From the NCBI GenBank assembly GCA_002269645.1, contig NIVC01000741.1:323206-387205 (forward strand): DNA of 64,000 nt, given 5' to 3'. Shown here piece after piece: positions 12,488-26,079 of this stretch. The notes under the pieces were generated by a model. It was not told the origin of the DNA. It did no database searches and saw nothing but the letters and a program-made list of their open reading frames with translations. This DNA is from Macrostomum lignano. Taxonomy: Eukaryota. Each line of letters starts with the position of its first letter. Position 1 is the stretch's first letter. A program made the translations under genes and the position numbers.

Positions 12488-13355
12488 CCGGTGTGAGGTG
12501 TCAGGAGTGCCAATGTGAGGTGTCAGGAGTGCCGGTGTGAGGTGTCAGGAGTGCCGATGTGAGGTGTCAGGAGTGCCGGTGTGAGGTGTCAGGAGTGCCG
12601 GTGTGAGGTGTCAGGAGCGCCGAGTTGAGGTGTCAGGAGTGCCGGTGTGAGGTGTCAGGAGTGCCAATGTGAGGTGTCAGGAGTGCCGGTGTGAGGTGTC
12701 AGGAGTGCCGATGTGAGGTGTCAGGAGTGCCGGTGTGAGGTGTCAGGAGTGCCGGTGTGAGGTGTCAGGAGTGCCAATGTGAGGTGTCAGGAGTGCCGGT
12801 GTGAGGTGTCAGGAGTGCCAATGTGAGGTGTCAGGAGTGCCGGTGTGAGGTGTCAGGAGTGCCGGTGTGAGGTGTCAGGAGTGCCGGTGTGAGGTGTCAG
12901 GAGTGCCGGTGTGAGGTGTCAGGAGCGCCGAGGTGAGGTGTCAGGAGTGCCGGTGTGAGGTGTCAGGAGTGCCAATGTGAGGTGTCAGGAGTGCCGGTGT
13001 GAGGTGTCAGGAGTGCCAATGTGAGGTGTCAGGAGTGCCGGTGTGAGGTGTCAGGAGTGCCAATGTGAGGTGTCAGGAGTGCCGGTGTGAGGTGTCAGGA
13101 GTGCCGGTGTGAGGTGTCAGGAGTGCCGGTGTGAGGTGTCAGGAGTGCCGGTGTGAGGTGTCAGGAGCGCCGAGGTGAGGTGTCAGGAGTGCCGGTGTGA
13201 GGTGTCAGGAGTGCCAATGTGAGGTGTCAGGAGTGCCGGTGTGAGGTGTCAGGAGTGCCAATGTGAGGTGTCAGGAGTGCCGGTGTGAGGTGTCAGGAGT
13301 GCCGGTGTGAGGTGTCAGGAGTGCCGGTGTGAGGTGTCAGGAGTGCCGGTGTGAG
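12488..13355. repeat. 22-bp minisatellite, main array (about 39 units)
   Basis: Period 22 read directly; variants GCCGG / GCCAA / GCCGA. Confidence 0.97.
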
Positions 13356-13927
13356 CGGCATGGATATATAGAATTATCGCTGGTCAGAGCTAGGTGCCAC
13401 AGCAATCACTGCACCAACGCCCTACAATCCCAAATGCGCCAGGTGTACACCAGAAGAAAGCGCTGAGCAGTTTATTTACATTTTCGCTCTGATACCGGAG
13501 TGCCTGCTCTGCTCAGAGAAGGCAGCTCAGGTCGAGCACATAATAAGCGCGCACTTGCCGGGCCAGAAACTCCAGACGCAATTGTGGCCCGGTCAGCTGA
13601 GCAAGTCAGGGGCAGAGAGAAGGCGGCCCAGGTGCAGGCGGAGCGGCGCAGCATTCTAACGCTAGAAAACCTTAAGCCACCTCGTCTCCACCCGCTTGAA
13701 GTGCTCAAGAAACTCAAACTTGGCCTAGCTATCTAACCTCTGTCTGCCCGTCTCCACCCGCCCCAGCCCTGCAGTTTGGCATCTGACTGCCCAATGCGTG
13801 CCTCTCATGTCTTTGACTGTCGCGAGCTGGCGGCTATTCATTGAGCCTGTCTCATTCAAGCCTGAACCGCAGACCCATGCAGATCAAAGCTTGAGCATTT
13901 TTGATTTCCCTTGGCAGGCCGGTCACG

Positions 13928-17776
<3,849 letters not shown>

Positions 17777-18329
17777 CAACCAATATGCTAGTATTTACAC
17801 CATATGCATGTACGCAGCCGATAAAGTAGTCTTTACTGCATCTCTGATCAGCTTATTTAACAATGAATTTGACTCCATAAAAGGCAGATTCTCTTGAACT
17901 AGTTGCATACTACTTATCAAACAATGACGTCATAAGTAGCGTAATGCGTACATGTAAATCAGAAAGTTGAAGATATTTTATTAATTAACAAAATGTTAAA
18001 ATTAAACAATCAAAGAAACTTGATGCCTGAAGGCAGAAGCAATCGGCATGGATAGCAATCAATGAAATGATGGCAATAGAATCTGCGAGCGAAATCAATC
18101 AACAAGCAGAATAAACTACAGATGCCAAGGATAATTCAGAATAAGTATTGAAACCAAGTCGATCTCCAGCTAGGAGCTGGGTTTTCAGTCTCCTCAAATG
18201 CACCGAAGCAATGTTATCAAAGTGCGCCAACTGCAAGTGCTGTGGGTTCCAAAGCCTAAACTACGAGTTTAAATTAGCTCAGCTGTGCGGCTGCGTTACA
18301 AAAAACAGATCTCACTGATGGGCAACCAT

Positions 18330-18540
18330 TGGTGTGAATGAGGATCTGGGAGGTTAGAGCCTAGCAACTGAAGATCTGGGAGGTTAGAGCCCAGAAACTG
18401 AGGATCTGGGAGGCTGGCCCAGCAACTGAGGATTTGGGAGGCTGGCCCAGCAACTGAGGATTTGGGAGGCTGGCCTAGCAAAAGGATCTGGGAGGCTGGT
18501 CCAGACATACTGAAGATCTGTGGTTCAGAATCTGGGTTGC
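18330..18540. repeat. Degenerate ~29-bp minisatellite (ACTGAGGATCTGGGAGGCTGGCCCAGCA) downstream of NUBP2
   Basis: About 7 diverged units. Confidence 0.85.
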
Positions 18541-18586
18541 CCAGCACTTGAGGATCTGTCTACAGTCGCACAGAGTCGCAGATTAG

Positions 18587-19908
18587 CTAGGCCTGGTCCC
18601 CACCAGCAGCCGCCTCCCTATCCAGCTGCTCCCTCAGTCTGGTTGCCACCTCCTGCGCCAGTAGCTGAGCTGGCGACGACAGCGCCTTGGCGCCGGCCGC
18701 CTGGCCTTCGTCCAGACAGGCCGCCAGGCTGGGGTCGATCGGCAGGCAGCCGAGGAAGGGCAGCGCCTTGGCCCTGGCGAGCTCGCGGCCGCCGCCGCTG
18801 GAGAACGGGTTGCTGCAGCCGGCGCAGTGCGGGCAGGCGAAGCCGCTCATGTTCTCCACGATGCCCAGCACGGCGAGGCCCGTCTTGGCGCAGAAGTCCA
18901 GCTCGCGGCGGACGTCGCCGACGGCCACGATTTGCGGCGTCGTGACGGCCACCGCGCCGCGCCTGCGGCAGGCCGAGCCGACTGGTAGCGCCTCCAGCAC
19001 TGCCAGGTGCTCGTCCGTGGTTCCCGGAGGTGTGTCCACCTGGGATAAACCGGGGAAAGGGTGGAGGCTGACACTGCCGACTGCTCGATCTGACACTGCT
19101 GACTGCTCAATCTGACACTGCTGACTGCTCAATCTGACACTGTTGACTGCTTAATCTGACACTGCTGACTGCTCAATCTGACACTGCTGACTGCTCAATC
19201 TGACACTGCTGACTGCTTAATCTGACACTGCTGACTGCTTAATCTGACACTGCTGACTGCTCAATCTGACACTGCTGACTGCTCGATCTGACACTGCTGA
19301 CTGCTCAATCTGACACTGCTGACTGCTCGATCTGACACTGCTGACTGCTCAATCTGACACTGCTGACTGCTCGATCTGACACTGCTGACTGCTCAATCTG
19401 ACACTGCCGACTGCTCAATCTGACACTGCCGACTGCTCGATCTGACACTGCTGACTGCTCAATCTGACACTGCTGAACCCCACACTACTGCAGTGCTGCT
19501 ACTTACCACCAGGTAGTCCAGCCGCTGCCAGTGCACATCCCGCACAAACTGGCCCACCATGCTGGTCTTCTTCGGGCCCCGCCAAATCACTGGATCGTCT
19601 CGACCTTCCAACAGGAAGCCGATCGACATGACTAGGAGTTCGGCGCCGTCTGAGGCAGCTCCGGGCAGCCTCAGGTGCACCGGCACCCAGCCCTCCGGGC
19701 ACTGGTGAACCCGCTGGCCCTCCAGACCCAGCATTCTTGGCACACTGGGCCCGCACAGGTCGATGTCCAGCAGGCCGACCCTGTGGCCCGCCTGTGCCAG
19801 GGCCAGCGCCAGCTGCACGCTGACTGTCGACTTTCCGACGCCGCCTTTGCCGGACAGGACCAGCAGAGCCGTGTCGATCCGGGGACCGCCGCTGCCTTCG
19901 GACATCAT
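18587..19908 (-). CDS. NUBP2: Cytosolic Fe-S assembly P-loop NTPase NUBP2/Cfd1; exons 19908-19507, 19039-18587 (about 284 aa)
   Basis: [33 protein letters not shown]|[26 protein letters not shown]. Lacks the N-terminal Cys cluster of NUBP1/Nbp35. GTAAGT donor and CCCAG acceptor, phase 0. Confidence 0.93.
19070..19472. repeat. 22-bp minisatellite (GCTGACTGCTCAATCTGACACT) filling the NUBP2 intron
   Basis: About 18 units. Confidence 0.95.
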
Positions 19909-19949
19909 GCATTGCAGCGAGGTTGGCTGTCTGTCTTGCAAAAATATGA

Positions 19950-20490
19950 GGCACTTACCTAGCCTGATAAAAAGTGTTTACCTAGCTTCAGATAGTGTTT
20001 ACCTAGCCTCAGATAGTGTTTACCTAGCCTAAGATAGTGTTTACCTAGCCTGAGATAGTGTTTACCTAGCTTCAGATAGTGTTTACCTAGCCTGAGAAAG
20101 TGTTTACCCAGCCTAAGATAATGTTTACCTAGCCTAAGATAATGTTTACCTAGCCTAAGATAATGTTTACCTAGCCTAAGATAATGTTTACCTAGCCTAA
20201 GATAATGTTTACCTAGCCTCAGATAGTGTTTACCTAGCCTGAGATTGAGTGTTTACCTAGCCTCAGATAGTGTTTACCTAGCCTCAGATAGTGTTTACCT
20301 AGCCTGAGATTGAGTGTTTACCTAGCCTGAGATAGTGTTTAATTGAGCCTAAGATAGAGCGTTTAGTTAAGACTAAGATAAAGTGTTTACCTAGCCTGAG
20401 ACAGAATGTTTACCTGGCCTAAGATAGAGTGCCTTGTGTAGCCTGATATTGAGGTTTACCTGAGACTTGAGAGGGAGTGTTTAGCTAGCC
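19950..20490. repeat. 21-bp minisatellite (TAGTGTTTACCTAGCCTCAGA) between RBM7 and NUBP2
   Basis: Period 21, decaying towards 20490. Confidence 0.93.
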
Positions 20491-20841
20491 TCTAGGTTGA
20501 GTATAATCTAGTAAGCATATGCATATAAAAATACAAGCCAGCACCGTCATCAATTTAGCTTCATAAAAGCACCGGAATTTTTACAAGAGAGAAACAATCA
20601 CTTAGTACAGTACTTATAGTAGACAGAAGGAGCGCACTGCTTACAGTGCCCAGTGAAAACTGTTTACAAGCAAATTGATGCACATTATTTACGAGCTATT
20701 AAAATCTGCAGCTGAAATTAAGAAACAAAAAAGCTGCTCAAATGCATCGCAGACTGAAAAAAATCAATATTGATCGATCCAGGAACCCCGACGCAAATAT
20801 ATTTTTTATCTGTCGTTAGCTCGTATGGGCAACCGTATTGT

Positions 20842-22168
20842 TTAAAATCGGGCCTGCTTATTTCGGCCATAGTGGCTGTTGAATCCGCTGTCGCTGGTTG
20901 ATCGCTTAATGCCGTGCTGCTGATGTTGCTGGCGGTGCTGATGATGCTGCTGATGTTGCTGGCGGTGCTGATGATGCTGCTGATGATGGTGCTGCTGGTG
21001 GTGAACAACTGGCGGAGGGAGCGGCGGTGGCGGCGGCAGCAGAAAGTTGCCAGCTTGCTGATGCTGGCGCTGATGCTGCGGCAGCTGCGGCGGCGGCAGG
21101 AGAGGGAAGCTTGGCGGGGGCGGCGGCGGCATCGGAGGCTGCGGAAGCTGGCGGTGGCGCTGATGCTGTCGCCGGTGGTCGCTGCGGGCCTCCCGAGCGG
21201 CTCTGTCGGCCCGTTCCCGGTCGGCCAGCCGCTCTGTCGGCAGAATCTCCTGCCACTGGCGCTCGTGGCCGCTGCCCTGGCGCGGCTTCACGAGGAGTTC
21301 GGCGCCGCACAGGCGCAAACTCTGCGCAACAAGATGCCGGGATGGCGGGTGAGTTCAACTACCTGTGACAGTATCTGTAATAATACTCACTACCACTGAC
21401 AGTATCTGTAATAATACTCACTACCTGTGACAGTATCTGTAATAATACTCACTACCACTGACAGTATCTGTAATAATACTCACTACCACTGACAGTATCT
21501 GTAATAATACTCACTACCTGTGACAGTATCTGTAATAATACTCACTACCTGTGACAGTATCTGTAATAATACTCACTACCTGTGACAGTATCTCTATACA
21601 AAACTCACTACTTGTGACACTACTTGCACCACTGCCTGTGACACTTGCATCACTGCCTGTGACACTACTTGCACCACTGCCTGTGACACTTGCATCACTG
21701 CCTGTGACACTACTTGCATCACTGCCTGTGACACTACTTGCATCACTGCCTGTGACACTACTTGCATCACTGTCTGTGACACTACTTGCATCACTGCCAG
21801 TGACACTTGCATCACTGCCAGTGACACTTGCATCACTGTCTGTGACACTTGCATCACTGCCTGTGACACTACTTGCATCACTGCCTGTGACACTACTTGC
21901 ATCACTGTCTGTGACACTTGCATCACTGCCTGTGCCACGGCATCTGGCAGACGCCACTCACCCTAAACAGGCGGCAGGCATAGAGCACCGACTCCTCGTG
22001 TTTGAAGGTGACGAACGCGTAGCCATTTTTGCCATCCTTGCCGGCCACGAGTTTCACGGGACACTCGAGCGGGCCGGACTGCAGGAAGAGCTCGGTGAGC
22101 AGGTCCGCAGTCACATCGGGGCCCAGGTTGCCAACCCACAGGGTTCTCTCGCGGCTATTGTCATCCAT
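20842..22168 (-). CDS. RBM7: RBM7/RBM11-like RRM protein; exons 22168-21962, 21321-20842; Pro/Gln/His-rich C-terminus
   Basis: RTLWVGNL.PDVTADLLTELFLQSGP...GYAFVTFKHEESVLYACRLFR|SLRLCGAELLVKPRQGS matches the RBM7 RRM (FKHE.SV.YA...L.G..I.I..RSGS); GTGAGT donor, phase 0. Confidence 0.85.
21357..21932. repeat. Two adjacent minisatellites in the RBM7 intron (~31 bp at 21357-21595; 21/24 bp at 21600-21932)
   Basis: Units GACAGTATCTGTAATAATACTCACTACCTGT and GACAC(TAC)TTGCATCACTGCCTGT. Confidence 0.93.
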
Positions 22169-22269
22169 GAAGTCCAGAAACGCTGCAAAAGTAAAATGCA
22201 CCATTGTGAATGCTTTGAGATACTTGGGGACTGCTTTCTGAAGGACCAGGAAGTAACAGGTAACAGCTC

Positions 22270-22716
22270 AATGAATGATTGAGAGAGGGGTGCAGCAGCT
22301 CAATGAATGATTGAGAGAGGGGTGCAGCAGCTCACTGAATGATTGAGAGAGGGGTGCAGCAGCTCACTGAATGATTGAGAGAGGGATGCAGCAGCTCACT
22401 GAATGATTGAGAGAGGGGTACAGCAGCTCACTGAAGGATTGAGAGAGGGGTGCAGCAGCTCACTGAATGATTGAGAGAGGGGTACAGCAGCTCACTGAAT
22501 GATTGAGAGAGGGGTGCAGCAGCTCACTGAATGATTGAGAGAGGGGTGCAGCAGCTCACTGAATGATTGAGAGAGGGGTGCAGCAGCTCACTGAATGATT
22601 GAGAGGGGTGCAGCAGCTCACTGAATGATTGAGAGGGGTGCAGCAGCTCACTGAATGATTCAGAGAGGGGTGCAGCAGCTCACTGAATGATCGAGAGGGG
22701 TGCAGCAGCTCACTGA
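22270..22716. repeat. 32-bp minisatellite between CSTF2 and RBM7
   Basis: Unit TGAATGATTGAGAGAGGGGTGCAGCAGCTCAC, about 14 copies. Confidence 0.95.
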
Positions 22717-23027
22717 AGGTCAAGGACAAGGCGGCAACCTGATGCAAACAGCTTCTGATATGTACACTCGATAAAAAACACAGAAACCCAGAAGCCAAAA
22801 ATATTTTGCACAGGAACATTTTAATTGATCATATTGAACAGTCATTGAGTAGCAAACATTACAGAATGACAGCAGAGTTGATTAGCTTTTGCATTGTCCT
22901 ATCAACAGTTTACTAGTAGCCAGCCAGTACCGGAACACCAGCAGAGATCAGCAGGAACAATGCCTGATGCCTAAGCCGGCACTAAACCAGAGTGAATAAA
23001 TGACAGCGGCAATGAGCACACATTGAG

Positions 23028-25048
23028 TCAGATGTGACCAGCCTTGGCCAGCTGCTCTTTAAGAATCATGATGGACCGGCGCTGGTCCTCAGGCAGCATG
23101 TGGATTTGCTCATCTGACAGCTGCAGCACCTGCATGATGAGCGCCGCCTTCTCTTGATCTCCGCCGGCGATGGCGCCCATCGACAGCTGAGCGCCGCTGC
23201 CCTGCGAAGACTGCGGCTGCTGCGGTTGCTGCGGCTGCGCCTGGGGCGGCGGCGGCGGTGGCGGCTGGCGGTACGGCTGCTGCTGCTGCGGGTACATCTG
23301 CTGCTGATGTTGTGGTGGCGGAGGCGGTGGCGGTTGGTGATGGTGGTACATCTGCTGCTGCATCGGAGGCTGCGGAGGCTGAGGCGGCTGGTGTTGGTAG
23401 TGCTGCTGCTGCTGCATTGGCTGATCGACTGGCATTACGGGCGGAATCTGCTCAGTGGTTCTGCTCAGCATAGCGATGGCCACCTTGGGGTCAACCAGCT
23501 TCATCACAATCTGAGCCTGCAGCAGGGCGTAGGCCAGCTGCGGGTTCTGCAGCAGCATGTTGCGGGCCTCGTGCGGGTTGTTCTGAATGCACTGCTTCAT
23601 CTGACGCATCAGCTCGAACATCTGCTCGGGCGGCAGGCTGGCAACCGCCCGGCTGATCTCCTCCGGCGCGTTCTTTGGGTCCACCTGGGCGGTTTGGGGT
23701 TGGCTTTTTACCTGAATTTACATTGTTGTTTCTTATCCCAGCTTTTCATTCATCTCGCTTATCACCTCCCTCTTGCTTAACATGCACCCTTCCTTGTCCT
23801 TTATCCCCTTCCTTCTCCCTAATCCCCTTCCCTGTCCCTTATTCCCTTCCCTGTCCCTTATCCCCTTCCCTGATCCTTATCCCTTTTTCATCCCTTATCC
23901 CCTTCCCTGATCCTTAGCCCTTTTTCATCCCTTATCCCCTTCCCTGATCCTTATCCCTTTTTCATCCCTTATCCCCTTCCCTGATCCTTATCCCTTTTTC
24001 ATCCCTTATCCCCTTCCCTGATCCTTAGCCCTTTTTCATCCCTTATCCCCTTCCCTGATCCTTATCCCTTTTTCATCCCTTATCCCCTTCCCTGATCCTT
24101 ATCCCTTTTTCATGCCTTATCCCTTTTAAGCTTTTCATCCCTTATCCCCTTCCCTGATCCTTAGCCCTTTTTCATCCCTTATCCCCTTCCCTGATCCTTA
24201 TCCCTTTTTCATCCCTTATCCCCTTCCCTGATCCTTAGCCCTTTTTCATCCCTTATCCCCTTCCCTGATCCTTATCCCTTTTTCATCCCTTATCCCCTTC
24301 CCTGATCCTTATCCCTTTTTCATCCCTTATCCCCTTCCCTGATCCTTATCCCTTTTTCATCCCTTATCCCCTTCCCTGATCCTTATCCCTTATCCCCTTC
24401 CCTGATCCTTATCCCTTTTTCATCCCTTATCCCCTTCCCTGACCCTTATCCCTTTTTTGTCCCTTACCCCCTTCCCTGACCCTTATCCTTTTTTGTCCCT
24501 TACCCCCTTCCCTGTGTCCACATCCACTGCCGCTTATCCCTCCCTACAGCATACAGAATCCCAAGAGCTCCCGCTCCCACCTTCTCCCCATAAGGCGAGT
24601 CCACAGGCGGGCCGGAGACGCCGGGGCCATGGCCCTGGCCATCCTGCTGTTGCTGCTGCTGCTGCTGGTTCTGCTCGCCAGCGGCCGGGCCGATGCGCAG
24701 CGGCCTGCCGCAGAACTCGATATTCTGCAGATTGCGCAGGGCAGCCTGGGCGGTAGGCAGGTCCTTGTACTCGCAGAAGCCGTAGCCCTTGGGCTTGCCG
24801 GTCTCCCTGTCGTACACGAGGCGGAAGCCGATGACGGGCCCGGCCTGCTCGAACATCTCCTTCAGCCGGTCCTCAGACGCTTCGTAGGGGATGTTGCCGA
24901 CGAATATGGAGCGAGCGGTCCGCTCCAGGGCCTCGCGCTCGCGCTGGCCTTGGCTTTGCCTGTCAGCCGCGGCTTGCTGCTGCTGAAGCATTTGCTGCTG
25001 CTGCTGCTGCAGTTGCTGGGGGCCTGGGGCTGCCATTTTGGATTGCAT
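23028..25048 (-). CDS. CSTF2: Cleavage stimulation factor 64-kDa subunit; exons 25048 (or 25036)-24581, 23684-23028
   Basis: RRM RSIFVGNIPYE...DRETGKPKGYGFCEY; hinge ASLPPEQMFELM.QMK..NPHEARNMLLQNPQLAYALLQAQ; C-terminal QEKAALIMQVLQLSDEQIHMLPEDQR; phase-0 GT-AG intron. Confidence 0.96.
23800..24510. repeat. 37-bp pyrimidine-rich minisatellite in the CSTF2 intron
   Basis: Unit CTTATCCCCTTCCCTGATCCTTATCCCTTTTTCATCC. Confidence 0.94.
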
Positions 25049-25062
25049 GCAATAAATTGAGT
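25046..25062 (-). other. Spliced-leader-like 17-mer ACTCAATTTATTGCATG fused in frame to the CSTF2 5' end
   Basis: The minus strand reads ...TATA ACTCAATTTATTGCATG CAATCCAAA ATG GCA. It equals the last 17 nt of the M. lignano SL as recalled (CGGTCTCTTACTGCGAAGACTCAATTTATTGCATG), which is from memory and not verified. Confidence 0.65.
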
Positions 25063-25116
25063 TATAGCGCTCCGTGATTAGGTGAGCTTGTGAGATAAGG
25101 CTAGCTCAAGGACTTC

Positions 25117-25910
25117 GGAAGCAGCAGCCTACTCAAGTGACTGGGAAGCAGCAGCCTACTCAAGTGACTGGGAAGCAGCAGCCTACTCAAGTGACTGGGA
25201 AGCAGCAGCCTACTCAAGTGTCAGGGAAGGGAAGCAGCAGCCTACTCAAGTGACAGGGAAGCAGCAGCCTACTCAAGTGTCAGGGAAGGGAAGCAGCAGC
25301 CTACTCAAGTGTCAGGGAAGGGAAGCAGCAGCCTACTCAAGAGACAGGGAAGCAGCAGCCTACCCAAGTGTCAGGGAAGGGAAGCAGCAGCCTACTCAAG
25401 AGACAGGGAAGCAGCAGCCTACTCAAGTGTCAGGGAAGGGAAGCAGCAGCCTACTCAAGTGACAGGGAAGCAGCAGCCTACTCAAGTGACAGAAAAGGGA
25501 AGCAGCAGTCTACTCAAGTGACAGGGAAGCAGCAGCCTACTCAAGTGACAGGGAAGCAGCAGCCTACTCAAGTGTCAGGGAAGGGAAGCAGCAGCCTACT
25601 CAAGTGTCAGGGAAGGGAAGCAGCAGCCTACTCAAGTGTCAGGGAAGGGAAGCAGCAGCCTACTCAAGTGACAGGGAAGCAGCAGCCTACTCAAGTGAAA
25701 GGGAAGCAGGAGCCTACTCAAGTGAAAGGGAAGCAGCAGCCTACTCAAGTGAAAGGGAAGCAGCAGCCTACTCAAGTGACAGGAAAGCAGCAGCCCACTC
25801 AAGTGACAGGAAAGCAGCAGCCCACTCAAGTAACAGGGAAGCAGCAGCCTACTCAAGTGACAGGGAGGGGTAGCAGCAGCCTATTCAGGTGACAGGGAAG
25901 GGTAGCAGCA
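25117..25910. repeat. 27/32-bp minisatellite (GGGAAGCAGCAGCCTACTCAAGTGACA) between ZCCHC4 and CSTF2
   Basis: Direct reading; explains the KQQPTQVTG ORFs. Confidence 0.95.
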
Positions 25911-26079
25911 GTTTCCCTCGAACTTGGGAATTAACAAAGAAAGCAAAACAGAAAACGAAGATGTTTAGACTTCAAGAAGATTGAGCACGGTGTATTCTGG
26001 CGGTTACAAGTAGAAAAATGCATCAGAAATGTACAGAGCAGATTTCTTCATCGCAAGCAAATGCATCTCAGTAAGCAGC

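Noticed and set aside
20914-21399. Plus-strand ORF with an apparent donor at ~21349
   Set aside because: Antisense shadow of RBM7 exon 2; the minus-strand splice restores the conserved RRM end.
25046-25062. SL RNA gene
   Set aside because: Only the last 17 nt match, there is no GT donor after the ATG and no Sm-site region; it runs directly into CSTF2 coding sequence.
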